The notes beneath the pieces are model-generated. The model saw nothing but the letters and a program-made list of their open reading frames with translations, was not told the origin of the DNA and searched no databases. A stretch of DNA of 63,988 bases, counting the filler, from Candidatus Woesearchaeota archaeon (GTDB taxonomy: Archaea; Nanobdellota; Nanobdellia; Woesearchaeales; CAZJJJ01): NCBI GenBank assembly GCA_046538795.1. It is 6 parts of 6 records of this genome, joined end to end, with 100 filler letters (N's around TTAATTAATTAA, not from the genome) between each part and the next. Parts side by side here need not be neighbours in the genome. Positions count along the whole stretch, not along the records: positions 7,576 to 36,206 come from JBKHIF010000011.1; 5 more parts are not named here. One strand, written 5' to 3'. Shown one piece after another: positions 10,201-20,116 of this stretch (the stretch's first letter is position 1; each line of letters starts with the position of its first letter). The position numbers were made by a program, and so were the translations under genes.

Positions 10201-11565
10201 TCATGCAGTTGCATTAGCTTCTTCGGATGAATTCATCATATCATCAGAAGAATCCATCATGTCTTCAACATCTGAATTCATTTCTGAATCATCGTCTGAA
10301 TCAGAGTCAATTTCATCAAGCTCCTGCTCCATGGAATCTGCATCAGATTCAATAGCTTCAGTCGAATTATTTCCCAATGATGAATCAGTTTCATTCACAT
10401 CGACATCTTCAACGACATCCTCAACTTCAGGTTCTTCTTCTTCCAAAGGTTCAATGTCTGTCTCAGTTATATCCATGCCATCTTCAGAGATAACACCGCC
10501 GGTTGGCTGTGTCTGATTCTGCTTAAATTCGCCAAGAAACTCTATTTCTGCCTTTTCTCTAAGATTAGCTATATATTCTTCAACAGCAACCCTCTGCTTT
10601 TCTTCAAGAATTGCTGCTCTTATAGACTGCTCTACGATATCCAAAGGAAGATATCCTGGCTCCTGCTCGCCTGTCTTGTATATTATGTGATATCCAAATC
10701 TTGTCTGCACAGGGACTGAAATCTCGCCTACTTCCATCTCAAAAGCAGCAGTCTCAAAAGGTGCAACCATGTCTCCTCTTGCAAAATAACCGAGCTTTCC
10801 GCCATTAACAGTTACACTCTCATCATCGGAATATGCAAGAGCAAGTTCAGTAAAATTAGTACCTTCAAGCAACTGATTTCTTACATCAAGAGCAATCTCA
10901 TAAGCACTTTCATTAGTCCTGTTCAAATCCGGATTAACAGATATAAGGATGTGAGATGCTTCGACCAAAGTGGCGTTGCTGTAGAAAGATTCCATATTAT
11001 TCTCATAATATTCCTGGACTTCGTCATCTGTAACTTCAACCTGAGAGATTACTTCCTGCTGAAGAAGCTTATCTATTAGAAGGCTTACCTTGTAAAAATT
11101 CCTAAGTTCTTCTATAGTGGTATTTTGTCTCTCAAGCATCGCCATGAACTCTTCTTCTGTCATCCCGCTCTGTGCTATCGCATCTTCCATATTACGATCC
11201 ATCTCTTCGTCGCTTATATCCACTTCAAGCTCATTAGCTTTCTGAAGAAGTACTTCCTGGCTTATCATCTGGTCAAGTATTACTTTTCTTGTAAACATTT
11301 CCTGATATGCTGCAGGAACCATGGCATACTGCACATCAAGTTCACTTTTGTATATGTATTTATCATTTACTCTTGCAATAGGTTCATCTCCTCTTAAAAA
11401 TGAAGTAATATCTTCATAGAAAAAGATTCCTGCACCTAATGCAATTATAAGGATCAAAGCAATAACAGTAACAGTATTGTTGCCTGATTTAGGCTTCATC
11501 CTGATAGTGTTCGGATGATCCATTGATTTTTTTTTCTTGATAGGAACTCTTTTGGTAACTTTCAA
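10201..11565 (-). CDS. Membrane-anchored SurA/PrsA-like parvulin peptidyl-prolyl isomerase with acidic tail
   Basis: N-terminal TM, SurA-N-like region, ASHILI, GGKLGYF, FGYHII. Confidence 0.88.
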   Translation of the reverse strand: MKVTKRVPIKKKKSMDHPNTIRMKPKSGNNTVTVIALILIIALGAGIFFYEDITSFLRGDEPIARVNDKYIYKSELDVQYAMVPAAYQEMFTRKVILDQMISQEVLLQKANELEVDISDEEMDRNMEDAIAQSGMTEEEFMAMLERQNTTIEELRNFYKVSLLIDKLLQQEVISQVEVTDDEVQEYYENNMESFYSNATLVEASHILISVNPDLNRTNESAYEIALDVRNQLLEGTNFTELALAYSDDESVTVNGGKLGYFARGDMVAPFETAAFEMEVGEISVPVQTRFGYHIIYKTGEQEPGYLPLDIVEQSIRAAILEEKQRVAVEEYIANLREKAEIEFLGEFKQNQTQPTGGVISEDGMDITETDIEPLEEEEPEVEDVVEDVDVNETDSSLGNNSTEAIESDADSMEQELDEIDSDSDDDSEMNSDVEDMMDSSDDMMNSSEEANATA

Positions 11566-11731
11566 AAATATCCCCTCCTAAGTTATTCTTCTTTCATGGC
11601 AAAAGAAGGTTAATAAATAAATATTTCGCTTTTGCAAGGCGAATTTCATAATATTGATAGTAATAAGAAGAAAATAAGATAAGGTTCTGGTTGAAAAAAT
11701 ATATAAACCAAGCACACACATCAATAACAAC

Positions 11732-13054
11732 ATGCAGGAAATAATAGTTGGAAGATCAAAAAAGGATATAGAAAAGCACGGAAAAAAGGGCTGCATACTT
11801 CTTGGGAAGCAATATGTAAGAATGGGACAGACCACATCTCTATCTAATCCTATATATCTTGATGTTGCAGGAGCTCATGTTGTATTTATCTGCGGAAAAA
11901 GAGGCGGCGGAAAGTCTTACTCGATGGGAGTTATCGCCGAAGGCATGGCAGATTTAGAAGATGAAGTAAAGAGCAATCTATCATTTATCATGCTTGATAC
12001 CATGGGTATCTACTGGACAATGCGTTATCCGAATCATCAGGATGAAGAGCTTCTTAAACAATGGGATCTTACAGGAAAGGCTGTTGATATTGTTATCTAT
12101 ACACCGATAGGCTATCATAATATCTATAAAGAGCAAGGTATTCCTACAGACAAGCCATTTTCAATAAAACCTTCAGAACTTACTGCTGAAGACTGGTGCA
12201 TGACTTTTGAAATATCTATGATAGATCCAATAGGCATAGTCTTCACAAAGATTATAGATGATTTCATAGAAAATGGAATAACTGATTATGACATACCAGA
12301 TATGATGAAAGCAATAGAATCAGACCCTGATTTTGACACAGTCACAAAAGATGCTGCTATAAATCTTCTTACTTCCACCAAGCAATGGGGATTGTTCGGA
12401 AAAGAGGGGACTCCTCTTAAGGATCTGGCTGTCGGAGGACAGATAACAGTTCTTGATGTAAGTTGTTATGCGACAATGCCAAACGGATGGAAAGTAAAAG
12501 CGCTTGTCGTTGGTCTTGTTTCACAGAAACTTTTCTTAGAAAGGATGCGCGCAAGAAAAGGAGAAGAATTTTCACAGATAAGCTCTGCTGAGCATTATTT
12601 CACACAGGAAGTTGTTGAAAAGCAGGATTTTCCTCTTGTATGGCTTGTAATTGATGAAGCCCATGAATTTCTTCCTGTTAAAGGAAAAAATGCAGCAACA
12701 GAACCTCTTGTAACTATTATGAGAGAAGGAAGACAGCCTGGAATATCTCTCATACTTGCAACACAACAGCCAGGAAAGATACATACAGATGTCATGACAC
12801 AATCAGATACTGTGATAAGCCACAGGATTACTGCAAGGCTTGATACAGAAGCACTAGGTCTTTTAACTCAAAGCTACATGAAAGAAGGTCTTGTCCAGGC
12901 AATAGATAATCTTCCAAGAGTTAAAGGAGCAGGGGTTTTGTTTGATGATGCTAATGAAAGACTTTTTCCATTCAGGGTAAGGCCAAGATTCACATGGCAT
13001 GGCGGTGCATCACCAAATGCAATAAAAGATAAGAAAAATATTTTTGAATTCTGA
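11732..13054 (+). CDS. HerA/FtsK-like ATPase (DUF87-type)
   Basis: GKRGGGKS Walker A, IDEAH Walker B, REGR, ATQQP. Confidence 0.85.
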   Translation: MQEIIVGRSKKDIEKHGKKGCILLGKQYVRMGQTTSLSNPIYLDVAGAHVVFICGKRGGGKSYSMGVIAEGMADLEDEVKSNLSFIMLDTMGIYWTMRYPNHQDEELLKQWDLTGKAVDIVIYTPIGYHNIYKEQGIPTDKPFSIKPSELTAEDWCMTFEISMIDPIGIVFTKIIDDFIENGITDYDIPDMMKAIESDPDFDTVTKDAAINLLTSTKQWGLFGKEGTPLKDLAVGGQITVLDVSCYATMPNGWKVKALVVGLVSQKLFLERMRARKGEEFSQISSAEHYFTQEVVEKQDFPLVWLVIDEAHEFLPVKGKNAATEPLVTIMREGRQPGISLILATQQPGKIHTDVMTQSDTVISHRITARLDTEALGLLTQSYMKEGLVQAIDNLPRVKGAGVLFDDANERLFPFRVRPRFTWHGGASPNAIKDKKNIFEF

Positions 13055-13112
13055 TTACTTTCTCGACGAGAAAAAATGAAAATTTATAAATTACAGTTAA
13101 AGAGTCTGAATT

Positions 13113-13342
13113 ATGAATGACAACCTAATCTCTGTCGTAATTCCAGCATATAATGAAGAAAAATATATCAGCAGATGTCTTGATAGCCTCATTGAACAAA
13201 ATCATCCAAGCACTGAAGTTATAGTTGTTAATAATTTATCTTCAGATAAGACTTTTGAAATTGCATAATCATATTCAGGCAAACTAGATATAAACGTGAT
13301 TAAAGAGGGAACCTTGATGCAGATAGCATGAAAACGCGATAA
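13113..13342 (+). pseudogene. Glycosyltransferase family 2 remnant
   Basis: MNDNLISVVIPAYNEEKYISRCLDSL...EVIVVNNLSSDKT, then an in-frame TAA at 13266 and truncation. Confidence 0.8.
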
Positions 13343-13359
13343 TTATTGTGATTTGTAAA

Positions 13360-15000
13360 TTATTCTATCCATGTTTCTGCTGCATATGTCTTTACAATTA
13401 TATTCTCGCTTTTCCAGCAAGTGCTTTCAAAACCTCCTTTCTGGCAAAGTGATGTGAGAAATAGTTTTTTGTCAGGAATTGTTTCCCATACAGTCGGAAG
13501 ATATGTAGCTTCTTTCCATCCTCTTCTAAGGATCACTCCATCCACTCCCTGCTCTATTTTTTCAAGAAGCTCTTCTTCGGACTCATATTCAATAACTTCA
13601 GGAAGAGTCAGTTTAGATATTTGGATTTTAACCTCGTCAAGTTCATCTTCAGTCAAGGGATCAAATCTCATATCGCTTAATGCTGCATTTACTGCATTGC
13701 TCATCACGCATTCATAGAGCTTTGCATGCGGCATTATGCTTCCTATGCATCCTCTGAGATTTCCATCTTTTTCCAAAGTCACAAAACAGCCTCTTTTTTC
13801 TTTAAGGATGTCAGATATATTCTCTTCATCAGGAGATTCTGGCATAGTATCATCCAATGCAGATCTTATAGTATTTCTTGCAAGCCTTATAAGGAATTTC
13901 CGATCATCTCCTTTTATTTCATCAATATCCTGTTTTTTGCTGTTGTCTTTTTTCGGACCTACAAATACAAAAGATGCATATCCAACTACTGCATTAATAT
14001 CACCAGTCACATCTCCTGAATTCATATGATCAAGAAGAACTGGTTCCCAGGAGTTTTGTTCTGCAATCTTAAGGAGAGCCATTATAGGTTTAAGTCCGCA
14101 GGCTTCGCATCCGTAACATGCTTCTATATCCATGGCAAGTATGTTCTTTATGCAGTAATCATCAATCATATTTGCTGTATCATAAGGATAATAATGGCTT
14201 AGATCAGAGCTTGCTATTATAAGAGTTTCATCATCAATATATTTCCCAATTGCTTCTGAAAGTTCATCAATATTAACATCACCTACAACAATAGGTATTA
14301 TCCTTGCTTCAGGAAGCACTTTTTGTATGAACGGTATGTGAACCTCTACAGAATGCTCTTTGTCATGAGGAGATTGTTCTGAACTGAAGATTTCTTGTTC
14401 CTCAATCATGGTCAAAAGTTTAGGATGAAGTTCTGCTTCTCCTAAAGGAGTTTCATAATGAGATGCATTGAGTATAGATGCTTCCATGAAATATACATTA
14501 TGACTTGGCCCAAGAATAATGACTGTATCGTAGGTCTGATTTATCAGTATAGAATATGCTTTGGCTGCAACCTCTCCTGAATACATATAACCGGCGTGAG
14601 GAGCGATTATCGCCCTTATCGAACCATTTGTACTAAAGTTGTCATTATCTTTTCCAGCATAATTCAAAAGCTCATCCAAAACAGCTTCAAGATTACCTCT
14701 TGTTTTTGGATAGAATGTTCCTGCAATATTGCTTTTTTTGACTATTTTTTCAGGAAATTCTATCTCATCAAGGCCAGAAGAGATCTGGTCTTTCACTGAA
14801 GAATTAATTTTAACGAAGATTAGTATTACAAGGATGACTGAAAGTAATAGTATCAGGTATCTGTATGCCGAAGAAAAATTTTTAATATTTTTAAAAAATT
14901 TAGATTTCCTGAATGATTGTTTTTTTCCCAGGTTCCTCTTTTTGATGATTCTTCTTTTAACGGGTTTCATAATAACTTCAAAAAGAATAGCTACCTGCAA
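13360..15000 (-). CDS. AmmeMemoRadiSam protein B (Memo) fused to protein A (AMMECR1), with N-terminal TM
   Basis: AGTFYP, PHAGYMYSG, EHSVEV, ASSDLSHY, then GCFVTL and LRGCIG. Confidence 0.9.
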   Translation of the reverse strand: MQVAILFEVIMKPVKRRIIKKRNLGKKQSFRKSKFFKNIKNFSSAYRYLILLLSVILVILIFVKINSSVKDQISSGLDEIEFPEKIVKKSNIAGTFYPKTRGNLEAVLDELLNYAGKDNDNFSTNGSIRAIIAPHAGYMYSGEVAAKAYSILINQTYDTVIILGPSHNVYFMEASILNASHYETPLGEAELHPKLLTMIEEQEIFSSEQSPHDKEHSVEVHIPFIQKVLPEARIIPIVVGDVNIDELSEAIGKYIDDETLIIASSDLSHYYPYDTANMIDDYCIKNILAMDIEACYGCEACGLKPIMALLKIAEQNSWEPVLLDHMNSGDVTGDINAVVGYASFVFVGPKKDNSKKQDIDEIKGDDRKFLIRLARNTIRSALDDTMPESPDEENISDILKEKRGCFVTLEKDGNLRGCIGSIMPHAKLYECVMSNAVNAALSDMRFDPLTEDELDEVKIQISKLTLPEVIEYESEEELLEKIEQGVDGVILRRGWKEATYLPTVWETIPDKKLFLTSLCQKGGFESTCWKSENIIVKTYAAETWIE

Positions 15001-15030
15001 TTTAAAATTTTGTATTAATTTGAATAATTT

Positions 15031-15693
15031 TCAAGAATTATTTCCTTTAAGCGGAACAAAAAAAACCCCTTCATGTTTTTCTTCTTTCACTTCACCACTT
15101 GATTTTCGGTATATGAAAAGAGAATTTGTGGTCATCTCAGGAAATATCAAAATTCCATCTTCGTTGAGCTGATCAACAAGTATCTTAGGATCAAATCGTC
15201 TTATGTCGACCGCAGCAGTAAGGTATATTCTATCATAGGGTGCATTATCTATATAGCCTAAAGAACCATCTCCAACAACAACATTTATCATAGAACTAAT
15301 AGAACCAAAATGTTTTTCCAGATTGGCTTTTGCAAGCTTTGCCAGTTGAGGAACTATTTCTATGGTTGTCAGATTTCCTTTTCCTATTCCCATCAAGTGA
15401 GATATCAATGCTGCTGAATAACCACTCCCAGTACCTATCTCAAGTATATTAAGGTCATCTTCTATCTCAAGTAAATCAGCTATAAGTGCAATAAGGCTGG
15501 GCTGGCTGGAAACAGAGCCATAACCTATCTCTGCAATCGCATCCATATGTGCAAACTCTTTTGAAAAATCAGGAAGAAACTCTTTTCGTTCTACTTTTCC
15601 CACAGCATCAAGCACACGATCATCTTTTGGTTTCTTTGACCTTAACCAATAATCATAGTTTTTTGAGATCTCAATAAGCTCTTCGTTACCCAT
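15031..15693 (-). CDS. pcm: Protein-L-isoaspartate O-methyltransferase
   Basis: SQPS, LEIGTGSGYSAA, GDGSLGY..APYDRI, FVPL. Confidence 0.9.
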   Translation of the reverse strand: MGNEELIEISKNYDYWLRSKKPKDDRVLDAVGKVERKEFLPDFSKEFAHMDAIAEIGYGSVSSQPSLIALIADLLEIEDDLNILEIGTGSGYSAALISHLMGIGKGNLTTIEIVPQLAKLAKANLEKHFGSISSMINVVVGDGSLGYIDNAPYDRIYLTAAVDIRRFDPKILVDQLNEDGILIFPEMTTNSLFIYRKSSGEVKEEKHEGVFFVPLKGNNS

Positions 15694-15768
15694 ATTAACA
15701 ACTCAATTTATTTCACTTGCTTTTATACTTTATTATTCCAAATGATATGAATCATCACAAAAGGATCA

Positions 15769-16377
15769 TCATTTGCTAAATTTACCTTCAAAAACAAATT
15801 CTGAAAAATCTTTTCTTGAAGAAGGCTCTTCACTTTTTCTAAGATCTTCAGGAAGAGCATCTTTAGGCGCAGGATAACCTACGGCTGCCATAGCAAGGAC
15901 TTCATGATCATCAGGAATATCAAGGATGTCTTTTGCCTTATCATAATCAAAACCCTGCATGCCATGAACTACAAGCCCTTTCATAGATCCCTGAAGAGCA
16001 AGAGACATCCATGCTGCCCCTGTATCAAAAGCATGTGTCTGAGAGTATTTGCCGTTATAGTCAAAATACTTCTTTGAGATGATTACGATAAGTGCAGAAG
16101 CATTTTTTGCCCAGGATTTATTAAAATCTATCATAAGATCAAATAGCTCGTCCCATTCTGATGTATCTTTCAAAGCATAGATAAATCTCCATGGCTGATT
16201 ATTGTAAGATGATGGAGCCCATCTTGCAGCATCAAATAATGACATAATATCATCTTTAGGAAGAGCTTCACCTGTCATACTTCTCTTGCTCCATCTATTG
16301 ACAAAAACAGGATTAATATCATATTTTGGTTTTCTATAATCTTTTACATCATTTGAAATATCATCCATAAAAATCAC
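15769..16377 (-). CDS. Nitroreductase family protein
   Basis: RWSKR, ARWAPSSYNNQPWRF, FDTGAAW. Confidence 0.92.
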   Translation of the reverse strand: MIFMDDISNDVKDYRKPKYDINPVFVNRWSKRSMTGEALPKDDIMSLFDAARWAPSSYNNQPWRFIYALKDTSEWDELFDLMIDFNKSWAKNASALIVIISKKYFDYNGKYSQTHAFDTGAAWMSLALQGSMKGLVVHGMQGFDYDKAKDILDIPDDHEVLAMAAVGYPAPKDALPEDLRKSEEPSSRKDFSEFVFEGKFSK

Positions 16378-16698
16378 ACCATCTACAAATTTAACAGATT
16401 AAAAGAGAAAAAACCACATACAATTTTTTCACAATCTAAAGAAACAAATATAATATATATAAAATCTGGCTTTAAGTAAAAAATAATTTTTTAGAGATTT
16501 TTCATATTAGAATTAGTTATATAATCTGCAACTGATATAAGGTGATCTGCTCTTAAACTCCCTTATTTCTTAAAGTTTGACCATGCCGGATCAGAAATAT
16601 CTTTTGACTCATTTTTAGACCAAAAAACGTTTTTAACGAAAAAAATCTACTAAAAGTTATATATTCTTTATTTGTTGCCACAAACAATTTTTTTAGGT

Positions 16699-17709
16699 TC
16701 AGATTTTATCAGAAAATGAAGGAAGATCATCAAAAGGACTTTTTTTCTTTAACTGATTGTTACTGATCTGCTGTTTTTCTTGCTGATTATAATTTTTCTG
16801 GATTGTTTGAGATCTTTGCTGGAAAGGCATGGGTCTTCCCGGACTAGGATTCGGTGCTTTACTCATGCTCCTTTGCGGATTAAATGAAGGATTTGGTCTT
16901 TGAGGTCCCGGCTCTGGAAACTGCGGCCTCATCTGATTTGGAACAGGTCTCTGCATCATCGGCTGTGGATTTGGTCTTTGCATAGGCCTCGGAGATGGAT
17001 TATTAAATGGATTTGGTGAATTAAATGGATTTGGATTGTTGTTTTCTCCTGAAAAACCACTTCCTGAAGAGCCGAAAGGAGAGCTATCTTTAGAAGAAAA
17101 TGGAGAACTATCCTTCGAGGAAAAAGGACTGCTGTCTTTTGATTTTGATGAAAATATGCTTCCTGTGTCTTCTTCATAGGTCTTAGGGCTTGGCAGGATC
17201 TTATTAATTATCTCGACTATCAAATAAAATATTGGAAAATATATGAAAACTGCAAAAATTGAATTCCAGCTAACATCTATAGCTCCATATATCATTGGAG
17301 AAAACATTATCATTATGTAAGTTACCTCCCTTATCCTACCAAAATAGTGTATGAATTTTTTTGCTTTTATGCCAAAGACTATTATCATAAGTCCATAGAC
17401 AAAAGCAAGAGCAGCAAGACCAAATTTTATTCCCATTATAGCATTGAAATCATTTCCATTTTCAGAAAGTATCCTTACAAGCATCCTTGTCCAGTCCACA
17501 CCAACCCAAAGAACTACAACACCGTTTGATATGGCATTTCCAAAACTTGTGCCTTTCATCTCTTGATATCTCTCAGTAAAAATCCATGAAAGATATATTG
17601 GAATGATTATCCAAAGAAGCTCTGTCGTCCTGAAAGGAGCTAAAACTATATCAAACCATTCTTTTGATATGTTGAGCATGAAATCAACAGCTGATGAAAA
17701 AAATGACAT
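16699..17709 (-). CDS. Multi-pass membrane protein with Ser/Pro/Gln-rich tail
   Basis: About 5 TM segments followed by KDSSPF x3 and P/Q/N low complexity. Confidence 0.75.
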   Translation of the reverse strand: MSFFSSAVDFMLNISKEWFDIVLAPFRTTELLWIIIPIYLSWIFTERYQEMKGTSFGNAISNGVVVLWVGVDWTRMLVRILSENGNDFNAIMGIKFGLAALAFVYGLMIIVFGIKAKKFIHYFGRIREVTYIMIMFSPMIYGAIDVSWNSIFAVFIYFPIFYLIVEIINKILPSPKTYEEDTGSIFSSKSKDSSPFSSKDSSPFSSKDSSPFGSSGSGFSGENNNPNPFNSPNPFNNPSPRPMQRPNPQPMMQRPVPNQMRPQFPEPGPQRPNPSFNPQRSMSKAPNPSPGRPMPFQQRSQTIQKNYNQQEKQQISNNQLKKKSPFDDLPSFSDKI

Positions 17710-17813
17710 GTTTATCGATTACCATATATGAAATCAATCCCTTATTAATCTATTGATAAAAATAGTTTAATTTAGCGAAATCTTTTTAAAAATATTCAAA
17801 AGACACCTTATGC

Positions 17814-18344
17814 ATGAGAACACATAAGTACAGATATAGGATTCCTAAAGATGATTTCAGGATTGAGTTTTTTGGAAGAGAATATCATCCATTGCACGAA
17901 CCTCCTCTGGAAAATAATATCTGGGATATCTTAAAGCATTCACAAGGAGATAAAGATAAAGATAATTATATCTCACTCAATATAAAATTTGACTGTAATC
18001 CAGAATATCTTTTTTATTCACACTCAAAACTTATAGAAAGAATGAATTCTAAAACAGGTTACAAACATTCTACATCAAGAAAGATAACTCCTTTTTGCGC
18101 AATAGATATAAACCTTAATCTCGACAAGCCTTTCAATAATGAAAATCTGGAAATCGAATTCAATATATGGTGCGAAAAAGATTCATCATTGAATGTTTTA
18201 TATCATAATGTTATAGATTCATACAAGTATATTGCAAGAGATGATTTACCTACTGTTCAAGAAAACATAAGAAATATAGATCAAATAATAGATGCTTTTT
18301 CTCTGGATGAACTTAGAAGACACCCTTATGATCCTCATGAATAA
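17814..18344 (+). CDS. Hypothetical protein
   Basis: 176-aa ORF, TATA-like motif upstream; stop codon lies within the start of a family B repeat. Confidence 0.6.
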   Translation: MRTHKYRYRIPKDDFRIEFFGREYHPLHEPPLENNIWDILKHSQGDKDKDNYISLNIKFDCNPEYLFYSHSKLIERMNSKTGYKHSTSRKITPFCAIDINLNLDKPFNNENLEIEFNIWCEKDSSLNVLYHNVIDSYKYIARDDLPTVQENIRNIDQIIDAFSLDELRRHPYDPHE

Positions 18345-18451
18345 CTCAAACAGACGGCAAAATACCCCGCAAAAACGAAAAGAAATTTTTTAAATTTCTG
18401 CGTACACTGAAACCTTGTTTCAATCGTGTTTCATGCAAAATTTTCAATAAA
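18341..18451 (+). repeat. Family B repeat copy 2
   Basis: ATAACTCAAA start, AGAAATTT/AAATTTCT and GAAAC/GTTTC hairpins, CATGCAAAATTTTCAATAAA end. Confidence 0.85.
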
Positions 18452-18469
18452 AAAGAAAAAAGAAAAAAA

Positions 18470-19633
18470 TCATAATAATTCGTTCTTTAATTCATCTGCA
18501 AGATCTGTATTTTCCCACGTGAAATCAGGATCATCTCTTCCGAAATGTCCGTATGCAGCTGTCTTTCTATATATGGGTCTCTTCAATTTAAGGACATCTA
18601 TGATATCATGGGGCTTTATAGGGAAATGCTTTCTTATAGCAGATGCTATTTTTTCTTCAGGAACCTTGTTTGTTCCGAAAGTACTTATATTTATTGAAAC
18701 TGGTTCTGAAACTCCGATAGCATATGCAAGCTGAACTTCACATTTGTCTGCAAGTCCTGCTGCCACTATATTTTTTGCAATATATCTTGCAGCATATGCA
18801 GCACTCCTGTCAACTTTGGATGGATCTTTCCCTGAAAACGCTCCGCCACCATGCTTTCCAAGACCTCCATATGTATCAACTATTATCTTTCTTCCTGTAA
18901 GACCTGCGTCTGCATAAGGACCGCCCCTTATGAATTCTCCTGTAGGATTTACATGATATGTAGTATTTTCATCTATCCACTCGCTGCACACAGGCTCAAT
19001 TACTTTTTTTATGATATCTTCTTTAATAGTTTCATAATTGACTCCTTCATCATGCTGGGTACTTATAACAATAGTATCTGCCCTAAGCGGTTTTCCATCG
19101 TCATCATATTCAATAGACACCTGGGATTTTCCGTCAGGCCTAAGATAGGTTATCTCATTATTTTTTCGTGCTTCAGCAAGCCTTTTAGTAAGCTTGTGGG
19201 CCAAAAGAATTGGAAGAGGCATAAGCTCTTTTGTCTCATTTGAAGCATAACCAAACATCATACCCTGGTCTCCTGCTCCCTGTTCCTTGTGAAGGCCTTC
19301 TCCTTCTGTAACACCTTGTGATATATCAGGAGACTGTTCTGTAACCTGGACCCAGACACTGCATGTTTCCCATTCTATGCCATGTTCTGATTTGGTATAT
19401 CCTATCTCTTTTATGGTTTCTCTCACTACTGTCGGAATATCAACATATCCTTTGGTGGTCATCTCACCAAATATCATCACTCCGCCATTTTTAGCTCCGG
19501 TCTCTATAGCAACCCTTGAATCAGGATCCTGCTTCAATGCCTCATCAAGTATAGCATCAGAAATTTTATCGCACATCTTGTCAGGATGACCTTCAGTTAC
19601 GCTTTCAGAAGTCAAAATTATCTTTTCTGTCAT
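18470..19633 (-). CDS. metK: S-adenosylmethionine synthetase, bacterial/eukaryotic type
   Basis: [39 protein letters not shown]. Confidence 0.96.
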   Translation of the reverse strand: MTEKIILTSESVTEGHPDKMCDKISDAILDEALKQDPDSRVAIETGAKNGGVMIFGEMTTKGYVDIPTVVRETIKEIGYTKSEHGIEWETCSVWVQVTEQSPDISQGVTEGEGLHKEQGAGDQGMMFGYASNETKELMPLPILLAHKLTKRLAEARKNNEITYLRPDGKSQVSIEYDDDGKPLRADTIVISTQHDEGVNYETIKEDIIKKVIEPVCSEWIDENTTYHVNPTGEFIRGGPYADAGLTGRKIIVDTYGGLGKHGGGAFSGKDPSKVDRSAAYAARYIAKNIVAAGLADKCEVQLAYAIGVSEPVSINISTFGTNKVPEEKIASAIRKHFPIKPHDIIDVLKLKRPIYRKTAAYGHFGRDDPDFTWENTDLADELKNELL

Positions 19634-19727
19634 TAATACCAACCTCACTTATATAATATATCAAGAAATCCCTGATTGTTATTTAAATATGTTGTTGAAA
19701 CAATTATTCATATTGGAATAAAATTCT

Positions 19728-20096
19728 TTGCAGAATAATGTTTTCAAGAATGTTTTTAAAGATAGATGTACACTGCTTAAAAAAATGAAAACACACAAAT
19801 TTACCAAAGAGGAAGAAAAATCCAGGCTAGATGAAGCATTAGGCGACGCAACAAACATCATTTCCCAATATAGACGTAAATTTAATAAAATATCTCCTTG
19901 TTATTTTGGATGGAAAAATTATTCAGATGAAGGTCTTGGAATAATCACTCCTATCGAAAGATGCATTAGAATTCTTGAATCATACCAGAAAGAGAAATTT
20001 GTCCACGGTCTCTATGAAGATATATCAAAAATATACAAAGAAGTTTTTGTAACTGATCCAAGGCCTAAAGTTCCTGTTACATTAAAAGATCTATGA
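19728..20096 (+). CDS. Hypothetical protein (start probably 19785)
   Basis: ORF filling the gap between metK and the helicase. Confidence 0.5.
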   Translation: MQNNVFKNVFKDRCTLLKKMKTHKFTKEEEKSRLDEALGDATNIISQYRRKFNKISPCYFGWKNYSDEGLGIITPIERCIRILESYQKEKFVHGLYEDISKIYKEVFVTDPRPKVPVTLKDL

Positions 20097-20116
20097 TTTA
20101 TGTAATCCTGTTTTAT

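Noticed and set aside
10133..10516. This and the many other short antisense or overlapping ORFs, including MFHAKFSI ORFs at 18426, 44466 and 48543
   Set aside because: Shadows of real genes, or frames opened by the repeat sequence.
13113..13342. Stop-codon recoding in the GT2 and GNAT fragments
   Set aside because: Both are also truncated or frameshifted, and all three stop codons end normal genes in this window.
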